A program made the translations under genes and the position numbers. The notes beneath the pieces are model-generated. The model did no database searches, was not told where the DNA came from, and worked only from the letters and a program-made list of their open reading frames with translations. From an uncultured Clostridia bacterium (GTDB lineage Bacteria; Bacillota; Clostridia; TANB77; CAG-508), in assembly GCA_944391755.1 (NCBI GenBank), contig CALXUT010000012.1, forward strand, positions 9,727 to 73,726: a stretch of 64,000 nt of DNA, in the 5' to 3' direction. Below are positions 17,670 to 25,655 of the stretch, one piece after another; the first letter of the stretch is position 1; every line of letters starts with the position of its first letter.

Positions 17670-17714
17670 GACCTTTGGGTTATCAGCCCAACGAGTAAAA
17701 AGGAGGTCTGCAAT

Positions 17715-17915
17715 ATGGAATACCAAATAGGAGATATTGTAAAAACGAAAAAAGCACATCCTTGTGGAAGTAAATTATGGGAAATTACAAGAGTGGGAGT
17801 AGACTTTAAACTAAAATGCCAAGGGTGCGGACATACAGTTGTTTTAGAAAGACCAAAAGCATTAAAAGCCATCACTAAAAAAATAAATAAAAATAACGAC
17901 ACAGATACTATATAA
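17715..17915 (+). CDS. DUF951 family small protein
   Basis: 66 aa. IGDIVKTKKAHPCGSKLWEITRVGVDFKLKCQGCGHTV is the typical DUF951 pattern. Confidence 0.7.
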   Translation: MEYQIGDIVKTKKAHPCGSKLWEITRVGVDFKLKCQGCGHTVVLERPKALKAITKKINKNNDTDTI

Positions 17916-17967
17916 AAATAAATGAAAACATTTTGTGTATCTAAGTTTGAGTTAGAAAATATTAATA

Positions 17968-18018
17968 AAAACGATGAGGGATGTTCAATTTCACTTTGAA
18001 AGAGGCTCATCGTTTTTA
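17968..18018. terminator. Bidirectional terminator between convergent genes
   Basis: aaaacgatgag ... ctcatcgttttt forms an 11-bp stem with A and T tracts on either side. Confidence 0.6.
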
Positions 18019-18068
18019 TTTATAATTTCTTCGAAAATCTTAGCTTATCCAAAATGTTGTAATGTTTT

Positions 18069-18671
18069 TTATATAGTATCTGTGTCTAAATTTATATATT
18101 TGTTTATTACATTCCATACTTCTTCACTATAAATTTTTCTTTCAGAAGAAAAGGGAAGAGTGATAATATCCCCAATAGAATTTAATTGTTTTTGAATATT
18201 TTTAGCAGAATCATCCACTTTTGTTTTAGCAATTTTATCTGCTTTATTTGTGATTATCATACAAGGTAAACCACTTCTAATCACATAATCATACATTAGA
18301 AAATCATTTGCAGTTGGGGCATGCCTAATATCTACTAAAAATAGGATAAGACAAATTTCTTTTCTTGTAGATAAATAATGTTCGATAAATTTTCCCACAT
18401 TAATTTGTTCTTGTTTAGACATTTTACTATATCCATATCCAGGTAAATCAACAAAATAAAATATATCATCTATATTATAAAAATTAAGTTGACGAGTTTT
18501 ACCAGGTTCACTACTGGTACGAGCCAATTTTTTTCGATTAATCATTGTATTAATAAAACTTGATTTTCCGACATTAGATTTTCCCACCAAAACAACTTCT
18601 GGTAATCCTGATGTAGGATACTGACTTTCTTTTACTGCTGAAATTTCAAATTTGGGATTTTTTACAATCAT
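18069..18671 (-). CDS. engB: Ribosome biogenesis GTPase EngB/YsxC
   Basis: G1 GKSNVGKSS, G3 DLPGYG, G4 TNKADK. 200 aa. Confidence 0.9.
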   Translation of the reverse strand: MIVKNPKFEISAVKESQYPTSGLPEVVLVGKSNVGKSSFINTMINRKKLARTSSEPGKTRQLNFYNIDDIFYFVDLPGYGYSKMSKQEQINVGKFIEHYLSTRKEICLILFLVDIRHAPTANDFLMYDYVIRSGLPCMIITNKADKIAKTKVDDSAKNIQKQLNSIGDIITLPFSSERKIYSEEVWNVINKYINLDTDTI

Positions 18672-18760
18672 AAGATAACCTCCTAATCATATGTATTATT
18701 ATAACATATAAATTTGTAAAACACAATAAAAGAAGGTTCTAATGAACCTCCTCAAAATCA

Positions 18761-20047
18761 TTATTTTATAGGTGTTAATTTTTCTTTTCCACCCATATAA
18801 GGTTGTAAAACCTTTGGAATATTAACACTTCCATCTTCATTATAATTACATTCTAATAATGCGATTAATGCTCTAGGAGTAGCAATAACAGTATTATTTA
18901 ATGTATGAACAAATTTGTTACCATCTTTTGTTTTATAACGAATTCCAAGTCTTCTTGCTTGAGCATCACCTAATGTAGAGCAAGAGCAAACTTCAAAATA
19001 TTTTTGTTGTCTTGGACTCCAAGCTTCAATATCACATGATTTTACTTTTAAATCAGCCATATCTCCACTGCAACAATCTAATTGTCTAACAGGGATATCT
19101 AAACTTCTAAATAAATCAACAGACATTTGCCACATTTTATTATACCAATCCATTGATTCTTCTGGTTTACAAAGAACAATCATTTCTTGTTTTTCAAATT
19201 GATGAACTCTATATAGTCCTCTTTCTTCAAGACCATGAGAACCAATTTCTTTTCTAAAACAAGGAGAATAAGATGTTAATGTGATAGGTAATTGACTTTC
19301 ATCTACAATTTGGTCTTTAAATCTACCAATCATACTATGTTCTGATGTACCAATTAAATATAAATCTTCACCTTCAATTTTATACATCATGGCTTCCATT
19401 TCATCAAAAGACATAACACCTGTTACAACATTACTTCTAATCATAAATGGTGGAATACAATAGGTAAAACCATGGTTTATCATAAAATCACGAGCATAGG
19501 CAAGCATTGCTTCATGTAATCTTGCGATATCGCCAACTAAATAATAAAAACCGACACCACTTGTTCTTCCAGCACTTTCTTTATCTAAACCATTAAATTT
19601 ATCGATAATATCAGCATGGTATGGAATTTCGTAATTTGGAACAAAAGGCTCTCCAAATTTTTGAACTTCCACATTTTCACTATCATCTTTTCCAATAGGA
19701 ACAGATGCATCTATTATATTTGGTATTTTCATCATTCTTGTTTTGATTTCTTCTGTATATTCTTCTTCTAATGCTTCATTTTCTTTTAAAGCTTCATTAA
19801 TTTTTTGAACTTCTTCTTTAATTTTATTAGCTTCATCTTTTAGACCAGATTTCATCAAATTTCCAACTTGTTCACTTAATTTTTTTCTTTCTGCTCTTAA
19901 ATTATCTCCATTTAATTTGGCTTGTCTACTCTTTTTATCTAAATCTAAAACTTCATCAACTAAGACCAATTTTTGGTCTTGAAATTTTTTCTTAATATTT
20001 TCCTTTACTAATTCTGGATTTTCGCGTAGTAACTTTATATCTATCAT
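18761..20047 (-). CDS. serS: Serine--tRNA ligase
   Basis: 428 aa with an N-terminal coiled-coil arm and class II motifs (LIGTSEHS, CFRKEIGSHG, NNTVIATPRALIALLE). Confidence 0.92.
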   Translation of the reverse strand: MIDIKLLRENPELVKENIKKKFQDQKLVLVDEVLDLDKKSRQAKLNGDNLRAERKKLSEQVGNLMKSGLKDEANKIKEEVQKINEALKENEALEEEYTEEIKTRMMKIPNIIDASVPIGKDDSENVEVQKFGEPFVPNYEIPYHADIIDKFNGLDKESAGRTSGVGFYYLVGDIARLHEAMLAYARDFMINHGFTYCIPPFMIRSNVVTGVMSFDEMEAMMYKIEGEDLYLIGTSEHSMIGRFKDQIVDESQLPITLTSYSPCFRKEIGSHGLEERGLYRVHQFEKQEMIVLCKPEESMDWYNKMWQMSVDLFRSLDIPVRQLDCCSGDMADLKVKSCDIEAWSPRQQKYFEVCSCSTLGDAQARRLGIRYKTKDGNKFVHTLNNTVIATPRALIALLECNYNEDGSVNIPKVLQPYMGGKEKLTPIK

Positions 20048-20061
20048 TTACATTTTCCTTT

Positions 20062-20304
20062 CTAATATTGAATTAATTCAAATCTATGTGTTTGTTTTGT
20101 TACATTATCAGGTCTATCTAATGGGATTTCTGATAAGAACATCGATTCAGGACGAACCCAAATGGATTTACCATCTTCTCTTTCATATAAAGGTTTATAA
20201 ATTACCATTCTTTCTTGTGTTTCGGAGTCATATCCAACATTCTCAACAAAACAATAATTTCCTTTAAAATGTCTGTAAACTCTTCCAATTTGTACTTGTT
20301 CCAT
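20062..20304 (-). CDS. DUF1653 family protein
   Basis: 80 aa with YRHFKGNYCFV...SETQERMVIYKPLY...IWVRPESMF. It lies 14 nt upstream of serS. Confidence 0.7.
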   Translation of the reverse strand: MEQVQIGRVYRHFKGNYCFVENVGYDSETQERMVIYKPLYEREDGKSIWVRPESMFLSEIPLDRPDNVTKQTHRFELIQY

Positions 20305-20501
20305 AAAAATTCCTCCTTTAATTTGATGATGTTATTATATACTAAAATTCAAGAAATATCAATAAAAATAAATAATTATGGATAAATCTTCTTGAATTAG
20401 CATAAAATAATAACAAAATCGTATATAAAACCTCTATCATTCATACAAATAAGGGGTTTGAAAAATATAGTAGGAGTAAAGGTTAGAATGGAGGTTTAGA
20501 T

Positions 20502-20789
20502 ATGCAAGAAGAATATATATTAGAAAAAATGCTAAAAGGAAAAACGGAGGAAGAGAAACGACTAGAATTAATGCAAACCATTATAGAAACAAAGGAGAAA
20601 CTAAAACTAGCAATTTGCAATTTTGAATATGCAGAAGAAGATATGATAGATTATTATACTTATCAAATAAAAGCACATCAAGCAAAATTAGACTATCTAA
20701 TAAAAATAGCAAAAAGAAATGGATTTGTATTAAATAGAGTAAATGAATTAAAAACGAGAATATTTAGAAAAAATAATATGGCAGTATAG
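20502..20789 (+). CDS. YaaL (DUF2508) family protein
   Basis: 95 aa. The NFEYAEEDMIDYYTYQIKAHQAKLDYLIKIAKRNG pattern is typical of YaaL. It precedes bofA, as in Bacillus. Confidence 0.65.
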   Translation: MQEEYILEKMLKGKTEEEKRLELMQTIIETKEKLKLAICNFEYAEEDMIDYYTYQIKAHQAKLDYLIKIAKRNGFVLNRVNELKTRIFRKNNMAV

Positions 20790-20858
20790 AATATTTGTCC
20801 AAAATGGAACATAGAAATAGTAGTAATAATACTACTATTTTTTTGTGGAGGGATTGTC

Positions 20859-21120
20859 TTGGACTTAAATATTCTTATATTCATATCTTGTATTTGTTTA
20901 TTATTCATAATAGGAAGAATTTTTATTGTGCCAATAAAATGGATTTTAAAATTGGTTTTTAATTCTATTTTAGGTGGAGTTCTTATCTGGATAATCAATT
21001 TAATAGGAGCAACTTGGGGATTTCATATAGGATTAAATATATATACATCCATATTAGTACGGTTTATTGGGAATACCAGGAGCGATATGTTTGGTAGTTA
21101 TAAAATTACTTTTAATATAA
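20859..21120 (+). pseudogene. bofA: bofA (inhibitor of pro-sigma-K processing) carrying an apparent 1-nt insertion/frameshift at ~21060
   Basis: TTG start after GGAGGG. Frame 1 gives ...LGGVLIWIINLIGATWGFHIGLNIYTSILV. The expected BofA C-terminus, GLLGIPGAICLVVIKLLLI*, is then read only from 21061 in the next frame (compare B. subtilis GILGIPGIAALVVIKQFII). The annotated ORF instead runs into a nonsense tail ending at 21176. Confidence 0.75.
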
Positions 21121-21178
21121 AAAAATCCACATATATATGCTATGTGGACTTTTATCTAGTTTATATAAAACTATAAAA

Positions 21179-23563
21179 TTAAACTTCTCTATTAAAATTA
21201 CCATTTGTATAATCAGGGCCTTCGAACTTATTACCAGATTTAACAGTGTCAATGATTTTATTGATTTCAGAAATTGTTTCATCCAAAACATCAATTCTTA
21301 AACTATCTACATGCAAATCCATAGGGGAGATGGAAGTAGTTTTACTATTATATATTGTAGTAACCGTTTCCATATTATCTGGTAAAATTCTAAAGTAAAA
21401 TCCAAGTCTATCTTTTAAATAATATTTTTTAGAAGATAGACATTTTTTATCACAGTAAGAATAACATTTATTTGCTTTTCCTAATAAACAGTAATTTGCA
21501 TTCATTAATGGTGTTTTACCATAAACAATGAATTCTTTTTTTATATTAGATTTAAATTGTTGTAGATCTTGTTTATTCAATTCTGGTGATAAAGTTACCA
21601 TATCTGTATGTAATTCCTTAATTGTTAAATCATTATAAACATTAAAGGTATAATTGCAAATACATTCATAGTCACTTATATAAGTTTTCAATAATTCAAA
21701 AGTTCCAATATTAGAAATGACAAAACCTTTGATATTGTATTGATTTAATATCATATCTAACTTTGTTTTTACCATATTTGTATAATTATTGCGCATGATA
21801 ACAGGCATATAAATATACATATTAAACTTTTGGCAAAGTTCTTCTAAAATAGAAGCATAGTCTTTTGATAAAAAATATTTAAAAGGTATATACAATCTAT
21901 CAATATCTTGTAAAGTGGTATAATCAAAATTTGTATGCAAAATATTTAATAATAATGAAATGGATTTTGAGTTTATACCAGAATTCTCAGAAATTTTATT
22001 ATCAGTATAATTTGGAATAGCATCTGTATTTCTTTTAAAACTTTGAATTAGCATAGTTTCATATTGATTTAGTAATTGTCTTCTTAGTTCATTCAAAAAA
22101 CTGATACTTGGTATATACAAATTATCATCTAAATCTATTTCTATATTTTTAAACCTATATGGTGTATTGTTCGTTTTAGAAAATTGACGAATAATACGAT
22201 CTTTAGTAGTGGGAGCATTAATAGCTTCAATTGGAACAATATTTGAAGTTACATTAAATTTTATCTGAAGACTGTCATATAATTCTACAGTAATAGGAAT
22301 ATCTTTTTTGATATTTATCTTACAGTATAAATCTATTTTTTTATTCTCAAGGTTTAGCTGATTTTGTACAGAAGAAGATAGGGCTTTATCTGAAATTTTA
22401 AAAATTTTATTACCAGAGTATATATTGCCTTTCATTCTTCCGATTGTAATTTTATCACCATGGTTTCCTTCTTTTATATTATTTTTTCCAATCATTAATT
22501 CTGAAATCGTATAAGTAGAAGATTCATGTTTTTTATTCTCTATGTTAATTTTATCTCCAACTTTTAAAGTATCATTTGTTACAAAAGTGATATGTCCTTG
22601 GTTGGCATTAAAATGAGAAACAGTACCAAGATAAATTCCCATATTATCTGGTTTGTCTTTATAGATTAAGTTTTTATTACTATCCGTATTTAAATGTCCG
22701 TTTGAAAAACCACCACGATTAAATACTTGTAATAAATCTTTTTTGTCTTGCTCATCAATAACAAAATCTTGATTTTGATTTGCTAAATCAATGTATTTTC
22801 TATAAATCCTCGTAACGGTTGCAACATATTCAGGAGTTTTCATTCTACCTTCAATTTTTAAGCTAGAAACACCAGATTTTATTAGCTGAGGCAAAAATTC
22901 TAATCCACATAAGTCACGAGGACTTAATAAATATCCTTTATCAATAGAAATATCATCTTCTAATAATTCATAGGAAAGTCTACAAGGTTGAGCACATTTA
23001 CCACGATTGCCAGACCTTCCACCAATCATGCTAGAAAATAGGCATTGTCCTGAATAAGAGATACATAAAGCACCATGTATGAAAGTCTCAATTTCTATAT
23101 TCGCATTTTTACAGATGTTTTCGATTTCTTTTATATTCAATTCTCTTGAAAGTACAACACGAGAAAATCCTAATTTTTGCAATTGAAGAACACCTTCTAA
23201 ATTATGTACGGACATTTGTGTACTTCCGTGGACTTGTAATCCTGGAAAATTATCTATTAAAAATTTTGCTAAACCTAAATCTTGTACAATAATAGCATCT
23301 ATTCCTAAGTGATAAGCTTTTTTTGCAAGATTAATGGCATCTGCCAATTCATGATTTTTAATCAATGTATTTAGAGTAAGATGTGTTTTGACACCTCTAA
23401 TTTTTGCATAATTAATGGCTTGTTCTAAAGCATTATCATCAAAATTAGAAGCAAACGCTCTTGCACTAAATAAATTAGCACCAAAATAAACTGCATCAGC
23501 ACCATTCTGAACAGCAGCTTTTAAACATTCAAAATCACCAACGGGTGAAAGTAATTCTATCAT
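21179..23563 (-). CDS. Large peptidase U32 family protein (~794 aa)
   Basis: MIELLSPVGDFECLKAAVQNGADAVYFG, FIHGALCISYSGQCLFSS, and SLKIEGRMK. The start is chosen at the ATG after AAAGGAA; the ORF is open to 23608. Confidence 0.85.
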   Translation of the reverse strand: MIELLSPVGDFECLKAAVQNGADAVYFGANLFSARAFASNFDDNALEQAINYAKIRGVKTHLTLNTLIKNHELADAINLAKKAYHLGIDAIIVQDLGLAKFLIDNFPGLQVHGSTQMSVHNLEGVLQLQKLGFSRVVLSRELNIKEIENICKNANIEIETFIHGALCISYSGQCLFSSMIGGRSGNRGKCAQPCRLSYELLEDDISIDKGYLLSPRDLCGLEFLPQLIKSGVSSLKIEGRMKTPEYVATVTRIYRKYIDLANQNQDFVIDEQDKKDLLQVFNRGGFSNGHLNTDSNKNLIYKDKPDNMGIYLGTVSHFNANQGHITFVTNDTLKVGDKINIENKKHESSTYTISELMIGKNNIKEGNHGDKITIGRMKGNIYSGNKIFKISDKALSSSVQNQLNLENKKIDLYCKINIKKDIPITVELYDSLQIKFNVTSNIVPIEAINAPTTKDRIIRQFSKTNNTPYRFKNIEIDLDDNLYIPSISFLNELRRQLLNQYETMLIQSFKRNTDAIPNYTDNKISENSGINSKSISLLLNILHTNFDYTTLQDIDRLYIPFKYFLSKDYASILEELCQKFNMYIYMPVIMRNNYTNMVKTKLDMILNQYNIKGFVISNIGTFELLKTYISDYECICNYTFNVYNDLTIKELHTDMVTLSPELNKQDLQQFKSNIKKEFIVYGKTPLMNANYCLLGKANKCYSYCDKKCLSSKKYYLKDRLGFYFRILPDNMETVTTIYNSKTTSISPMDLHVDSLRIDVLDETISEINKIIDTVKSGNKFEGPDYTNGNFNREV

Positions 23564-23660
23564 AATTTTATTCCTTTCGACAGTATTATAGCATAAAAGA
23601 CAAAGCATTGCAATTATGTTGAGTTTCTAGGTTGATACATTGACATAAATTTATTTTAAA

Positions 23661-23746
23661 AGTTGATATATGAATATTTTTTGTCAAAAACATAGCTGGG
23701 GCGTAACAATCTGGGTCTTTGACTGCAAAATATTCATATATCAACT
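23661..23746 (+). repeat. Conserved-apex hairpin element, copy 1
   Basis: Arms agttgatatatgaatatttt / aaaatattcatatatcaact (20 bp) enclose GTCAAAAACATAGCTGGGGCGTAACAATCTGGGTCTTTGAC. Confidence 0.8.
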
Positions 23747-23900
23747 TAAAAAAACAAATAATAAATTGTAATATTGTAACAAAAATGTAATAAAAAAATG
23801 TCAACTAAGGTTGACTTAATTTGGTAAAAAATGATATACTAATGTCGAAGAAATGTCAGAAAAAATGAAAAATGTAAGAAGAACAAAAGAGGTGTTAATT

Positions 23901-25637
23901 ATGAAAATAAATATGAAAAAAATATTAGTCATTTTTATATTAATTTTATCATATATACTATTAAATCTTATATTTGGTAATACAGCTTTTGCGATTAATC
24001 AAACAACAACAACAGATATCAATTCTATAGATTCTAACCAATATCCAGGTATAAAAGAAATGATACAACAACTAAAGAATGAACATCCAAATTGGAATTT
24101 TAAAATTTTATATACAGATATAGACTGGAATGAAGCAATTGCAAATGAATATGTCGGACATGGTGATAAACCAAGAAATTTAGTACCTGCTAATAATAGC
24201 AAATATGCAGGAGATTGGATTTGTCCAATTTGTGGAAATGCATTATATGATACTGGAAAATGGCATTGTGCATCAGAAGCAGCAATTAAGTATATGATGG
24301 ATGCAAGAAATTCACTAAATAATTCAGATATTTTTCAATTCATGGAATTGACTTATACAGAATGTAATGCTAATGATATTAGAACAATGGTATCAGGAAC
24401 ATTTTTAAATAATGATTCATACATAAATGCCATTTTAGATGCAGCTAGAAAAAATAATGTAAGTGCTTATTATATAGTAGCAAGAATATTACAAGAACAA
24501 AAACCAGAAGGTACAGCTTTAACTTCAGGAGCAGGATATAATGGACAATATGTAGGATATTATAATGTATTTAATATAGGAGCTAGTGGTAAAGGAGAAA
24601 GTGAAGTCATATTAAATGGACTAAAAAAAGCACAATCTTATGGATGGACAACATTAGAAAGCTCTATATATGGTGGTGTTGAAATCATTGCAGAAAGTTA
24701 TGTTTCAAAAGGACAAAACACACTATATTTCCAAAAGTTTGATGTTGAAAATACAGATGGAGTATTTTGGCATCAATATATGCAAAATATCTTAGCAGCA
24801 CAAAATGAAGGAACAACATTAAGAAAAACATTTGAAGATATGGGAGCAATTAATAGTGGATATACTTTTATCATTCCTGTATATAAAAATATGCCAACAT
24901 CAGCATGTCCTAGACCATCAACTACAAGCACGACAACTCCAACAACTAATTTAGTAAGAGTAAATGTAAATAATGGTTTACGATTAAGAAATGAGCCTAA
25001 TGGTTCAAAAACAGTTGGATGGGTTTATAGTGGAGATATTATTACAAGATTAGAAAAAGCAACAGAAAAGATTGCTGGTACATATTGGGATTATGTTATG
25101 AAACCAGATGGAACAAAAGGATATGCAGCAAGAGAAACATATGATTATGAATCCACATATAAATTGTATTTAGTTCCTGTTGAGCAAGAACAACCGGAAG
25201 TACCAGATGTTCCAGAGGAGCCTGAAGTAGAAGATCCAAGTACAATTATCAAAAATGATAAAGTCAAAGTAAATACAGAAACAAATGAAGTTCGTGCAAT
25301 TCCAAATGCTACTGTAAAGGATATTAAAGATTTATTGGGAGCAGAAACGGTTATAAAAAATGCAAATGGAGAAGTGCTTTCAGATGAAGCAAAACTTGCT
25401 ACAGGTTGCACAGTAAATGATACCTATTCTTTAGCAGTACTTGGAGATGTGAATGGAGATGGAGAAGTAGTAGCTTTAGATGCAGCGATTATCTTAAGAT
25501 ATACAGTTGGACAATATACTTTGTCAGATATACAAGAAAATGCAGGAGCATTAGGAGGTTCAGGATTTCCAACAGCTCTAGACTCTGCAAAAATATTAAG
25601 ATATACAGTAGGGCAATACAATATAAATATACAATAG
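23901..25637 (+). CDS. Secreted cell-wall hydrolase: glucosaminidase-type domain, then SH3b-like domain, then C-terminal dockerin-like module
   Basis: Signal peptide MKINMKKILVIFILILSY. The glucosaminidase-like core is YYIVARILQEQ...YNVFNIGASG. The SH3b-like segment is VRVNVNNGLRLRNEPNGSKTVGWV. The dockerin-like repeat is GDVNGDGEVVALDAAIILRYTVGQ, plus a degenerate second repeat GGSGFPTALDSAKILRYTVGQ. Confidence 0.7.
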   Translation: MKINMKKILVIFILILSYILLNLIFGNTAFAINQTTTTDINSIDSNQYPGIKEMIQQLKNEHPNWNFKILYTDIDWNEAIANEYVGHGDKPRNLVPANNSKYAGDWICPICGNALYDTGKWHCASEAAIKYMMDARNSLNNSDIFQFMELTYTECNANDIRTMVSGTFLNNDSYINAILDAARKNNVSAYYIVARILQEQKPEGTALTSGAGYNGQYVGYYNVFNIGASGKGESEVILNGLKKAQSYGWTTLESSIYGGVEIIAESYVSKGQNTLYFQKFDVENTDGVFWHQYMQNILAAQNEGTTLRKTFEDMGAINSGYTFIIPVYKNMPTSACPRPSTTSTTTPTTNLVRVNVNNGLRLRNEPNGSKTVGWVYSGDIITRLEKATEKIAGTYWDYVMKPDGTKGYAARETYDYESTYKLYLVPVEQEQPEVPDVPEEPEVEDPSTIIKNDKVKVNTETNEVRAIPNATVKDIKDLLGAETVIKNANGEVLSDEAKLATGCTVNDTYSLAVLGDVNGDGEVVALDAAIILRYTVGQYTLSDIQENAGALGGSGFPTALDSAKILRYTVGQYNINIQ

Positions 25638-25655
25638 AATAGGAAGGAGAAAATC

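Noticed and set aside
17411-18010. A 199-aa minus-strand ORF spanning the gltX 3' end, the DUF951 gene and the terminator
   Set aside because: It overlaps two well-supported + strand genes and a terminator hairpin. It has no SD and its hydrophobic composition is an artefact.
20305-20501. A T-box leader upstream of the DUF1653-serS operon (and upstream of gltX)
   Set aside because: No T-box consensus (AAnnGGGTGGTACCGCG, or its complement on the relevant strand) or specifier/antiterminator architecture was found on reading the region. gltX starts 15 nt after rnj.
23683-23723. Resemblance of the core segment CAAAACATAGCT to the complement of the type II-A CRISPR repeat / tracrRNA anti-repeat (CAAAACAGCATAGC)
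   Set aside because: Only ~12 nt are similar, there is no cas9 or array context, and a match of this length is expected by chance in AT-rich DNA.
23586-23804. A 72-aa minus-strand ORF, and the N-terminal 15 codons of the 809-aa U32 ORF
   Set aside because: The U32 protein starts convincingly at MIELLSPVGD (23563) after an SD. The upstream extension and the 72-aa ORF cover the promoter/hairpin-repeat region. Similar over-extended starts were trimmed for pilB, murC, spoVG, pth, dpaA, fabD, fabF, fabK and the GLUG protein.
25440-25637. The dockerin module as evidence for a cellulosome
   Set aside because: There are no glycoside hydrolases for plant polysaccharides, no scaffoldin with multiple cohesins and no CBMs in the window. 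Dockerin/cohesin-like modules are known outside cellulosomes.
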